Below, one piece after another: positions 26,969 to 35,671 of a stretch of 38,828 nt of DNA (the first letter of the stretch is position 1; each line of letters opens with the position of its first letter). Position numbers and translations under genes: made by a program. The notes beneath the pieces are model-generated. The model ran no database searches. It was not told the origin of the DNA and saw only the letters and a program-made list of their open reading frames with translations. The stretch lies in NCBI GenBank assembly GCA_028817975.1, contig JAPPOJ010000262.1, forward strand, positions 1 through 38,828, in the 5' to 3' direction. This stretch comes from Zetaproteobacteria bacterium (lineage in GTDB: Bacteria; Bdellovibrionota_B; Oligoflexia; Oligoflexales; Bog-1112).

Positions 26969-27817
26969 TTAGTCCGCTATGGCTTGTTGTCGTACCTTGG
27001 TGCTTAGCGTCATGGCTATTGTGACCAGAAATAGTATGGTGAAAAAGCCCCCTAGTTTGATGTGTTGGGCGGTAAGATATACGAAGACCCACAACAGCAT
27101 GATATAGGGCTGCGACTGGAGCATGTAGCGGTATACTTTGGACGAAGAATGGAGCAGAGTGCTTGTGGGGATATAGACAAGTCGAGGAAAAGTACGTTGC
27201 ACGTACCATATATGGAGCCCCCATAGGCCTGTGAGTACAGCGGTGCTGGGTAAGAAAATAATGCGGATTTGGTCCTGATAGAAGAAGGACCCGCAGCTGA
27301 TGATCGCCCAATACTGCAAGCCTAGAAGCCCGTACGGTCTTGTTTCCGTTAGGGTAAGTGCAGCCATGAGGAATAAAAATAAGCTGAGCAAAAGTATAGA
27401 CAGGCTGTAGGGCAACACATGCACGAGCCCTGCAGAAGTCATGACCAGGGCGTGAGCTGTGACACTGAGTCGGGCTAGGCAAATGAGATGTTCGAAAGTC
27501 GACTGAGTTGAAAAGGTCACCCAATATTTTAAGCTGGAAAGGTGAAAAGGGGGCAAGCCGCAGCCATAGAATATGCCGAGGAGCCATAGCCACGGACGGT
27601 CGGTGCGGTCCAAGAAATATGAGCTTCCAGCTATGCTGGTATGGAGCAGTGCAACCCATAAGAGGCTTAGAGTTGTGGACCGAGGTCGACAAGACCCGAG
27701 TTGCATGCGTAAAAGGTGGCCACTTGTGGTGAGGGCCATGAGTATGTGGTGACGTGCACACCAAATCGCTGTGCCGAGTGCAATACTCATCCAGAAGAAG
27801 TCATTCAGAAAAGACAA
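26969..27817 (-). CDS. Hypothetical polytopic membrane protein
   Basis: 282-aa ORF with about 8-9 hydrophobic segments that fills the gap between lgt and the PilZ gene; no family motif recognised; TTG start uncertain. Confidence 0.55.
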   Translation of the reverse strand: MSFLNDFFWMSIALGTAIWCARHHILMALTTSGHLLRMQLGSCRPRSTTLSLLWVALLHTSIAGSSYFLDRTDRPWLWLLGIFYGCGLPPFHLSSLKYWVTFSTQSTFEHLICLARLSVTAHALVMTSAGLVHVLPYSLSILLLSLFLFLMAALTLTETRPYGLLGLQYWAIISCGSFFYQDQIRIIFLPSTAVLTGLWGLHIWYVQRTFPRLVYIPTSTLLHSSSKVYRYMLQSQPYIMLLWVFVYLTAQHIKLGGFFTILFLVTIAMTLSTKVRQQAIAD

Positions 27818-27975
27818 CAGATATCTCGTTTGTGGGTTGTGAGTTTGTGGATCATCAGGCGCGTGCTTTTTGTATGGCTCTTGCCTTGGTTATGTGAACT
27901 CGTCTATTCTACTAAACTTAAAGGGCTGTTGCATGTGGAAATCTCCTTAGCATCATGGCCTTACCTTTGTCTAAG

Positions 27976-28335
27976 CTAGTCGGCGAGCTCTTGCTTGATG
28001 AGTTCTTCGAGGTTGACCGTCGTTCCTTCTTGTAAGGCGAGTCCGATTTTGAAGATCGCAGGATCTTTCGGGTTGGACTTACACCATTTGACTTCGAGTT
28101 GAACATCTCCCTTGTCTAGCTCTAAAATCATTTTAGCTTCCACGGGAAGGATGTGATTCAACATGATACTGAGCCCGTCCACGGAGACGTTATTGGGGAA
28201 GTAATCCACTTCTCTTTTTTGGGCACCCTCTACCCAGTAGAGCCTTGCAGCAAGCTCTTCTAAGTGTCGGCGTGCGTGTTTCCTACGTTCCACGGACAAA
28301 ATATTCTCTCCATACGCGATGACCTTCAACACCAT
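27976..28335 (-). CDS. Stand-alone PilZ domain protein (c-di-GMP receptor)
   Basis: ERRKHAR (RxxxR) and NVSVDGLSI (D/NxSxxG), plus EVKWC...FKIGL. Confidence 0.85.
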   Translation of the reverse strand: MVLKVIAYGENILSVERRKHARRHLEELAARLYWVEGAQKREVDYFPNNVSVDGLSIMLNHILPVEAKMILELDKGDVQLEVKWCKSNPKDPAIFKIGLALQEGTTVNLEELIKQELAD

Positions 28336-28701
28336 ACCCTACTCATCGGAAAATACACTGTAGGAATTAGCTTTTTATTTGTGAGGTAGGGTTTGATATA
28401 TGTTTTTGATATTAAATATCTTTTTGCGTGGCTGCTTTGTCCGTACATAAGATTTCGTGAGATGTATATTGTCGCCTGCAGCCGCTAGAGTCGAGAATCC
28501 TAGAGGGTGTCTTGTAAATGCCTAACTTTGCGATATTCTCACAGTGTCTTCTGTATTTTATAAATAGCATCCGGAAAAACGAAAATAGCTAGCACTAAAG
28601 CGGGTGATTTGGAAGGTGTCTGGAGTGAAAGGTTCTTCGGGAAAAAAGCAAGTACATGTTCTTGTGAGCGAAGAAGTTGACCTAAACCCTCGGGGGGCAT
28701 G

Positions 28702-28715
28702 GTCATCTAGATGAC
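28702..28715. repeat. Perfect 14-bp palindrome GTCATCTAGATGAC
   Basis: Read directly from the sequence, 23 bp downstream of the sthA stop. Confidence 0.5.
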
Positions 28716-28738
28716 ACATTTGAAAAGCTGGATATCTC

Positions 28739-30280
28739 TCAAACTTTTTTTTCGGGTGTGGTCGCTACCGGGTTTTTAAAAACCCCATCTGGAAAAATTT
28801 TGTTGAGTGCATTAAATGCGGCAATGCGGTAGCCCTCTGCGAGGGTTGGATAGTTAAAGATCAGCTTAATTAAATCTTGTACCGTACCCTTCTGCAGCAT
28901 GAATGCGAGCCCTATGTGGACTAAGTTGCATGCATCGTCGCCGACGATATGAATGCCCAAGATTTTTTGAGTGTGACGGCAGACAAGAATTTTGAGGAGG
29001 CCGTGAGCGTCTCCGCGAATATAGCCCCGCGCAATTTCGGAATAGTTGGCCCGGCCGACGACATAGTCCACTCCAGTCTTCGTGAGTTGCTCTTCGGTTT
29101 CCCCGACCATGGAAAGTTCAGGAATCGTGTATACCCCGATAGGAAACAGAGTAGGGAAGGGGCCAATGTCCAGTCCAAAGGCGTGACAGACCACATGTCT
29201 CCCTTGTTGGGAGGAAGTCGCCGCAAGTGCAGGAGGGCCAATGGCATCTCCAGCAGCGTAGATATTTGCAATGGAAGTTTGGAAATTTTCGTTGACTTGA
29301 ATCGCTCCGCGTTCATTTGGCTCGATACCGACTCGGTCAAGGCCGATATGCTGTGTGGTGGATACTCGGCCTGCGGCGTAGAAGAGTACATCGACGTGAA
29401 ACTGACTATCTTGGGTTTGTAGGGTCACCTTAGGTCCTGAGACTTCCACCTTTTTAAGTTCTTGTCCGAGAACAAATTTGACACCTAGAGTTTCCATAAA
29501 GCGTTGCAGTTCGGTACCTACTTCGGAGTCTAAATACTGTAAGATGCGTGTTCTGGAGTCCATCACCGTCACGTCGACACCCATTGCGGAGAAGATACAT
29601 GCATACTCGCAGCCGACGACACCAGCTCCGTATACAAAGAGTTTTTTGGGCATGGTGTCTATTTTGAGGACTTCGTCGGAATCGACCACTCTCCAGCCAT
29701 CAAAGGGAATGTCTTCCGGGCGTCGAGGGCGTGACCCTGTGCCGATGAGGATAAATCTAGCATTTAGAGTAAAAGGTTGATCTCCTTGTGGAGGTATGAC
29801 CCTGACAGAATATCGATTTTCGATAGACCCATAGCCTTCAATGACATCAATATTATTTTTGGAAAGGTGCCTGCGAATGAGGGCCTCTTCTTGCTGTGAT
29901 ACCTTGCGCGCGCGGCTTAACAAGGTGTCGGTATGGAGGTCGTGTACCAGCCTATCTACCCAATTTTGTCCTACATGATTTTTGATAGAGTGGATACTTG
30001 CTAAGCTTTCTCTCAAGGTTTTAGAAGGTAATGTACCTGTGTGTATCCAAGCCCCTCCAATCTGTGTGGGCATTTTTTCAATGACACAGACCCGTTTGTT
30101 GAGTTTTGAGGCTTGCACTGCGGCATGTATCCCTGCGGGGCCACTGCCGATGACCACCAAGTCATAAGGTGTTTCGGTAAATTGTATTTGCTTCGACCGT
30201 TTCTTTGCTGTCTTCTTGCTTTGTGTCGTATCTTCCGATTCAGCCTCTACCCCGGGTTGTTCGGTTTTTTTTGCCGCCAT
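28739..30280 (-). CDS. sthA: Soluble (Si-specific) pyridine nucleotide transhydrogenase
   Basis: YDLVVIGSGPAG, HTGTLPSKTLRE, GTGSRPRRP, GAGVVGCEYA, YAAGDAIGPPALA..S..QGR, GVYTIPE, FNYPTLAEGYRIAAFNALN. Confidence 0.92.
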   Translation of the reverse strand: MAAKKTEQPGVEAESEDTTQSKKTAKKRSKQIQFTETPYDLVVIGSGPAGIHAAVQASKLNKRVCVIEKMPTQIGGAWIHTGTLPSKTLRESLASIHSIKNHVGQNWVDRLVHDLHTDTLLSRARKVSQQEEALIRRHLSKNNIDVIEGYGSIENRYSVRVIPPQGDQPFTLNARFILIGTGSRPRRPEDIPFDGWRVVDSDEVLKIDTMPKKLFVYGAGVVGCEYACIFSAMGVDVTVMDSRTRILQYLDSEVGTELQRFMETLGVKFVLGQELKKVEVSGPKVTLQTQDSQFHVDVLFYAAGRVSTTQHIGLDRVGIEPNERGAIQVNENFQTSIANIYAAGDAIGPPALAATSSQQGRHVVCHAFGLDIGPFPTLFPIGVYTIPELSMVGETEEQLTKTGVDYVVGRANYSEIARGYIRGDAHGLLKILVCRHTQKILGIHIVGDDACNLVHIGLAFMLQKGTVQDLIKLIFNYPTLAEGYRIAAFNALNKIFPDGVFKNPVATTPEKKV

Positions 30281-30532
30281 ATTGGGACCGCCATTGCCTT
30301 AGAGAGTCATGGATATCGTTGATGTAACTGCTACGCATGGGGTATCGGGGGCTATGTGTGGAAGTTTAGTTTTTTGCGGCATTGCTCGTGTCATGGGCAA
30401 TGTCGTCCTAGTCATGGAGCTGTCTATCTGCTGTTAGACTGGGTAGAGGATATATGGGGGCGGAATTTGAAATTTTGTAATTGAGATGGGGAGAGGGTTG
30501 CTTCCTGCCTCAGATGCTTCTTTCGAAACTTT

Positions 30533-31681
30533 ATGAAGAGGGCAAGTTTGCAGAACTACACAGACAAGTTTCGTGGGAGTCCAGGACGAGATGGGGCTAG
30601 CTCTTATAAGGTGCCGCAGGAAAATCACCGACCTGCAAAAACACTTCCTCCTTTTGTGGATCGGGGGTGGCGTGCTGGGTTGCCGGCATGCGCAAACGTG
30701 GACCTTGCGCAACGTGTTCCGGCTATTGTTGCGGTGGGTGGAGGTAAAGGTGGGGCTGGTAAGAGTTTGTTAAGTGCAAATCTCGGCGCACAGTTAGCCA
30801 ATGCAGGACGCAAAGTTTTGTTGATTGATCTTGATTTGGGCGCGGCGAACCTCCACACGTATTTTGGAATTGGTATCCCCAATAAAAATCTTGCCCAGTT
30901 TTTGGTTTATCAAAATATTCCCTTTCGTTCGATTCAGCTTCCCAGTGGAATAGATGGTCTACAGATTATCTGTGGAGGTAGAGATGAGTCTTGGGCGGAT
31001 ATGGGAGAGTTTGGTTTTGGCTCTTTTTCTCTCCTGTGGGATGCCCTTCTGGGCGCAGAATGTGGTGAGTTTGATGTTGTTTTGCTGGACTTAGGTGCCG
31101 GAATTCAAAAGTATACCATTGATTTTTTTACCTCTGCCCACTTAGGCATTGTTACCGTTTTGCCTGAAGCTACCTCGATTGAAAACTCTTATTCTTTCTT
31201 GAAGGCCACTCTCATTCGCTTGATTGAAAACTCTGGTTTACGTTCGAGTAGCTGTGCAGCAGCAGATGAGGTGCGTCAGCAGCTTTTCCACTCAGGGAGT
31301 AGCTTGGGAAAAGGTGGTTATTTGCGCAAATTAGAGAGCTTACGTGCCACCTACCCTGAGCTGGTAGACCATCTTCTTTCAGCTTTGAAGGGGCGAAACC
31401 TGGGGCTGGTGGTGAATCAAGTCCGTTCTCAAAGGGATATTGATGTGGGACAGTCGATGGTGAGTGTGACGCGCAGTTATTTTGGCTTTGATGCGCTTTA
31501 TTTAGGGCATTTAAACTATGATGACGCTGCGTGGAAATCTTTGCGCAATAATCGCCTTCTTACTGTGGACTTTCCTTACAGTCTGCTGGCACGCCGTATT
31601 TATGAGATCAGTCGTACTGTAGATACTACGGTGGGGTTGGCTCCCACAAATTCTTCGAAAGTGCGGCGGAAAGTGTTGTAG
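30533..31681 (+). CDS. MinD/FlhG-family P-loop ATPase
   Basis: Deviant Walker A GGGKGGAGKS, IDLDLGAANLHT, LLDLGAG, PEATSIENSYSFLK, VVNQVR. Start uncertain; the N-terminal ~55 aa look disordered. Confidence 0.88.
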   Translation: MKRASLQNYTDKFRGSPGRDGASSYKVPQENHRPAKTLPPFVDRGWRAGLPACANVDLAQRVPAIVAVGGGKGGAGKSLLSANLGAQLANAGRKVLLIDLDLGAANLHTYFGIGIPNKNLAQFLVYQNIPFRSIQLPSGIDGLQIICGGRDESWADMGEFGFGSFSLLWDALLGAECGEFDVVLLDLGAGIQKYTIDFFTSAHLGIVTVLPEATSIENSYSFLKATLIRLIENSGLRSSSCAAADEVRQQLFHSGSSLGKGGYLRKLESLRATYPELVDHLLSALKGRNLGLVVNQVRSQRDIDVGQSMVSVTRSYFGFDALYLGHLNYDDAAWKSLRNNRLLTVDFPYSLLARRIYEISRTVDTTVGLAPTNSSKVRRKVL

Positions 31682-31745
31682 AGGTTGTCAAGGGTGAGAG
31701 GGTGATAAGATTGGGCATGTTAATTCAGCATAGAGGTCGAAAACA

Positions 31746-32510
31746 TTGGATACTCACAAACATGAGGTAAAAGAAAACTCGGAGCAGTCTTATTTAGAGC
31801 ACTGTTCCACTTTGGATGTTTCACCTGGCGCAAGTGAGCAAGAAATCTCGGACTCTTATTTTCGGCTGAAGAAAGCATATGGTGGCTCTTCTGGGGCGAT
31901 GTACTCGTTAATTCCTCCAGAAGAGGCTGAGAATTGTTTGCAGGAGATTGAAGAAGCCTATCATTGTTTAATGGCAAGGTCGCGTGTCGATGGGCTCCAA
32001 CAACAGCAGTCTGGAGTGGCAAGGGCGGCAGCCACTGCGCTCTCTGGGGAAGGAGTTCGGGAGTCTGCTGGAGATCCTGATCTCGCGGAGCAGGACGGGC
32101 ATTATCGCATGTTAGGTGCGGAGCTTCCCGTCGAGCCAGGAGGAGAAAGAGCGGTAACCACGACAAAGGCGGCGCGTAGCCTCTTTGCTGCATCTGCCTT
32201 AGATACTGCATTAAGAAAGCAAGCGGAAGAGATCATTCTCGGCTATAAACAAGAAATAGACGGGTCGTTATTCCGTAAGATCCGTCAACTCCTGCATGTA
32301 AGTGAAACAGAGCTGCAAGACCATGTGAAGGTTTCTATTGGCCATATTCGGGCTATTGAAGAAAATCAGTTTGATATCTTGCCACCTTTAGTCTATACTA
32401 AGGGGTTCCTTAGTAGTTATCTGAGATACTTAGCGGTACCAAATCCAGAGCGTATTATTAACCCCTATTTGAATAAAATGAAGTTGTGGCAGGAGCGTTC
32501 GGAAAAATAA
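31746..32510 (+). CDS. J-domain-like (HPD-less) + RodZ-type HTH protein
   Basis: TLDVSPGASEQEISDSYFRLKKAY...LQEIEEAYHCL (DnaJ-like); GSLFRKIRQ...VKVSIGHIRAIEENQFDILPPLVYTKGFLSSYLRYL (HTH_25/RodZ-like). TTG start with GAGGT SD. Confidence 0.82.
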   Translation: MDTHKHEVKENSEQSYLEHCSTLDVSPGASEQEISDSYFRLKKAYGGSSGAMYSLIPPEEAENCLQEIEEAYHCLMARSRVDGLQQQQSGVARAAATALSGEGVRESAGDPDLAEQDGHYRMLGAELPVEPGGERAVTTTKAARSLFAASALDTALRKQAEEIILGYKQEIDGSLFRKIRQLLHVSETELQDHVKVSIGHIRAIEENQFDILPPLVYTKGFLSSYLRYLAVPNPERIINPYLNKMKLWQERSEK

Positions 32511-33535
32511 CTTTGAAAGTCGGTTTGGATGTACGTGCATCCACCCGTGTCGATAAGTGGCTCGCAGAAAATGTGTCTGGATATAGCCGATCTCAGATTC
32601 AAAAGATGTTTGCTTCTAAAAATGTCACTATTAATGGCCTAGCCTCTAAGCAAAGAGACCTTGTGTCTGCGGGGGATGTGGTGGAACTCTCTGTCCCCAG
32701 CCGAGAGCGGACCTTTACCCCACTTACTGCTGAGTCTTTAGGTATCCCTATCCTATATGAAGATCGCGACATTCTGGTGATTGCCAAGCCTCCTGGTTTA
32801 CTGGCGCATCCTCCCGAGCAAGATGCCACACTTCCGTCGGTGGCACATTTGGTGTGTGACAAGGCCCTTGAACCTGCAGCTTTGTCTGGGTACGACTTAT
32901 ATCGACCTGGTATTGTCCATCGTCTGGATCAATATACCAGTGGGGTCATGGTGTGTGCGTTGAGTCTACGTGCAAGCGAAAATCTGGCGTTGCAGTTTCG
33001 CCACAAAGTGGCGCAGCGTGTTTACCTCGCTTTGGTATGCGGTAACCCTCAGTGGAACAGATCTGTTTTAAGACATTATCTTTGTCGCAATCCTCACAAT
33101 CGTCGTGGCTTTCAAGCGTTGCCGTTGCACGACCTGTCGCAGCTTGGAGTCCAAGAGCTTGGGGAGGTGGATGGGATTCGCTACCGTATGGCTCTTGGAG
33201 AATATGTCGCGCTATCCAGGTTTGCGCGCAAGTATACACTGGTGCGTGCAAAACTCTACTCAGGCCGTACGCACCAGATTCGTGTGCAGCTCGCTGCAGA
33301 AGGACTTCCCCTCTTCGGTGACCCTCTTTATGGGGTGCGTCAGCAGCCGGCACAACTCTTTGGAACCGAGTTCGTTGCTTTGTGGCGTCATTGCCAGAGG
33401 CAGTTATTGCACGCAGAGCAACTGAAGTTTTTTCACCCGGTGACGGGTAAGAGAATGGAGTTTGAGTATCCCGTCTGGGAGGATATGGCGACGATCTTAA
33501 ACCACTTGCGTCCGTATGGGCTAGGTTTGAGTTGA
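32486..33535 (+). CDS. rluD: RluA-family pseudouridine synthase with S4 domain (RluD-like)
   Basis: RVDKWL...SRSQIQK (S4), ILYEDRDILVIAKPPGL, RPGIVHRLDQYTSG, GRTHQIRV, GDPLYG, RQLLHA..L.FFHP. The start may be TTG at 32513. Confidence 0.9.
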   Translation: MAGAFGKITLKVGLDVRASTRVDKWLAENVSGYSRSQIQKMFASKNVTINGLASKQRDLVSAGDVVELSVPSRERTFTPLTAESLGIPILYEDRDILVIAKPPGLLAHPPEQDATLPSVAHLVCDKALEPAALSGYDLYRPGIVHRLDQYTSGVMVCALSLRASENLALQFRHKVAQRVYLALVCGNPQWNRSVLRHYLCRNPHNRRGFQALPLHDLSQLGVQELGEVDGIRYRMALGEYVALSRFARKYTLVRAKLYSGRTHQIRVQLAAEGLPLFGDPLYGVRQQPAQLFGTEFVALWRHCQRQLLHAEQLKFFHPVTGKRMEFEYPVWEDMATILNHLRPYGLGLS

Positions 33536-33625
33536 GGAAACTTTGGGTATCTTAAAACCCCCTTTATCTTGTGTATTATGGAAGTCGGAGGTTGAACCTA
33601 AATGTTGTCCTCTTGGAGTGAATAA

Positions 33626-34639
33626 ATGAAAGCACACGGTACCTTTCCTATACGTACTCATTTAATTTGCCTGGCATGGTGGGCCTTCGCACAGCCCTAT
33701 GCTGTGGTGTATGGGGTAGAAGCTGTAAAGGCCGCCGCTAACAGGGGGATTGTGCACTTAAAAATTGATAAAGTAAAGCTTCAAGCCAAGCTTGAGTTTT
33801 TGCCGAGTTTAGAGCATCCCTTTCAGGTTGTGAAAGAGTACCCTGTTGCCATTGGACGAGGGGTTGGGGATAAGACCCGTGAAGGTGATTTGAAAACTCC
33901 CGAAGGGATTTATTTTACCGATGTGCAACTTTCGACCAAACACATGAACCCTAAGAAGTATGGACCTTTGGCCATTCCACTTAATTTTCCCAACCCTCTG
34001 GACCGAGCTTATGGCAAGACGGGCTCAGGGATCTGGTTGCATGGGGCGGGGGATGACGCGCGGATGGAGAAAAAGCAAGTCACGGAAGGCTGTGTTGCCT
34101 TTTACAACTCCGATATTGTGGAGGTGGCTCCTTTTGTGGTGCCAGGTTCAACCGTGGTCTCGATTACCACTCGCCCAGAGCTGGTGAATGTGGCCGTGGA
34201 TCGAGCAGCTGTGGCTCAGGCTACGATGGATTGGCTGCTGCATTGGCAAGACAGAGATATCTCTGCATACATAGGTCACTACTCGGAGCACTTTAGGTTT
34301 CGTGGTCAAGGTAAGCTCGCTTACAAGGCTTATAAGAACTCGGTCTTTCGGCGCTATAAGGTCATGCATGTGCGTATGGAAGACATACGTATTATTACGC
34401 ATCCGAAGTATGCGATTTCTATTATGAATCAAGATTTTTCGGGAGACCGCAAATATTTTTCGAAGGGCCGTAAGGTGCTGTACTGGGTGCGTGAACGCGG
34501 AGAATGGAAGATTTTACAAGAAGACTTTAGCCGCCGTAAGTACCAGCTGCTGTCGCGTATGGACGTCTTGCGTCTGTCTCATAAGGAGATCGCATCGAGC
34601 GCTCACTCCTGTACCCGTGGAGACGACTCTTGTGGTTAA
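33626..34639 (+). CDS. YkuD-family L,D-transpeptidase/carboxypeptidase with a C-terminal NTF2-like domain (Csd6/Pgp2/Bd1075-like)
   Basis: Signal-like N-terminus; GDKTREGDLKTPEGIY, YGPLAIPLNFPN..D..GKTGSGIWLHG, TEGCV; C-terminal WLLHWQDRDISAYIGHYS...KGRKVLYW...WKILQE. Confidence 0.88.
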   Translation: MKAHGTFPIRTHLICLAWWAFAQPYAVVYGVEAVKAAANRGIVHLKIDKVKLQAKLEFLPSLEHPFQVVKEYPVAIGRGVGDKTREGDLKTPEGIYFTDVQLSTKHMNPKKYGPLAIPLNFPNPLDRAYGKTGSGIWLHGAGDDARMEKKQVTEGCVAFYNSDIVEVAPFVVPGSTVVSITTRPELVNVAVDRAAVAQATMDWLLHWQDRDISAYIGHYSEHFRFRGQGKLAYKAYKNSVFRRYKVMHVRMEDIRIITHPKYAISIMNQDFSGDRKYFSKGRKVLYWVRERGEWKILQEDFSRRKYQLLSRMDVLRLSHKEIASSAHSCTRGDDSCG

Positions 34640-34665
34640 GGTTAAAGGATGTTGGGCAGGCAGGT

Positions 34666-35652
34666 TTATGGAGTTGCAAGAGCTTCATCCAGAGCTTTAC
34701 GTAGCTGTGCCTTGCCATATCCGTCGACGACAGGTGCGCCATTGATAAATATTGCCGGTGTTCCGCGCACGCCGATACGAATGCCCTCTTCCCGTGATTG
34801 GTTGACCATCTCGGCTGTTTCTTTGGCCTTGAGGCAGGAAGCAAATTTTTTCCGGTTAAGTTTGAGCTTCTGAGCTATTTCTGTCGGGGAATTGAGATTA
34901 AGCTTGGGTTGTTGTTCAAAGGCTTCATAGTGAAACTCCCAAAACTTATCCTGTTTCCAAGCGCAGAGAGCCCCTTTTGCCACCTCTGCAGAGACCCCAG
35001 CGGCACTGAGGGTATAGTCCATAAAAGTGAACTTAACTCGATCCTTGTACTCGGCGGCTATTTCTTTCAGTACCCCGGCAGCTTGCTTGCAATACTGGCA
35101 CCTGTAATCGGCAAATTCTACCAGCTCTACTTTGGCGCTCGGATTCCCCTTAAACGGGCGATTTTGAGTGTTGATATCTAGAGTCAGTGCTGTTGGCTTT
35201 TGGATAAAGAGGGAAAACTTATGTTTGGTTTTTAACTCTTCGATAAATTGGTCGCGGCTTTCCTCGAACTTGCTTTGCTGGAGGAATTGAGTAATATCTT
35301 TCTTGATGGAAGCATAATCGCGTCCACCTAGCTTTTGTCTATTTTCTTCATACCAAGCCTTGGCTTCTTTTTCGGACACCTTAATCTGGAATAGAGAAAT
35401 GGCCACCTCTTCACGCTCTTTGCCTGTTTTTTTTGCTTCTTCGTTAAGGTAGGATTCGAGGATTTCGCTGTTGACGATGCGGTTAATTTGATCGTAATAG
35501 TCTTTTTGAGCTTTAAATAGATCTTGCTTGGATGCGGGAGACAGCTCTTCATAGCGGACGTTTTTTCCCCCGAAAGAGTAGAGATTTTCTTCCCCGAAAC
35601 AGGTGTAGGAGGTGATGCCGACCATAATGGCGGTGAGTATTTTGAGGTTCAA
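34666..35652 (-). CDS. DsbA/thioredoxin-like protein with an N-terminal SurA-like helical domain
   Basis: Signal peptide; GNPSAKVELVEFADYRCQYC (CxxC), KFWEFH, GVRGTPAIFING (cis-Pro); TTG start with AGGAG. Confidence 0.88.
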   Translation of the reverse strand: MNLKILTAIMVGITSYTCFGEENLYSFGGKNVRYEELSPASKQDLFKAQKDYYDQINRIVNSEILESYLNEEAKKTGKEREEVAISLFQIKVSEKEAKAWYEENRQKLGGRDYASIKKDITQFLQQSKFEESRDQFIEELKTKHKFSLFIQKPTALTLDINTQNRPFKGNPSAKVELVEFADYRCQYCKQAAGVLKEIAAEYKDRVKFTFMDYTLSAAGVSAEVAKGALCAWKQDKFWEFHYEAFEQQPKLNLNSPTEIAQKLKLNRKKFASCLKAKETAEMVNQSREEGIRIGVRGTPAIFINGAPVVDGYGKAQLRKALDEALATP

Positions 35653-35671
35653 GGTTTCTCCTTTCAGGTGA

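Noticed and set aside
26937-27764. 275-aa alternative-frame ORF overlapping the 282-aa membrane protein on the same strand
   Set aside because: His/Pro-rich with no domain pattern. In this frame stops require Lys/Asn/Asp/Glu/AG-codons in the real frame, which are scarce in a hydrophobic protein, so a long open frame is expected by chance.
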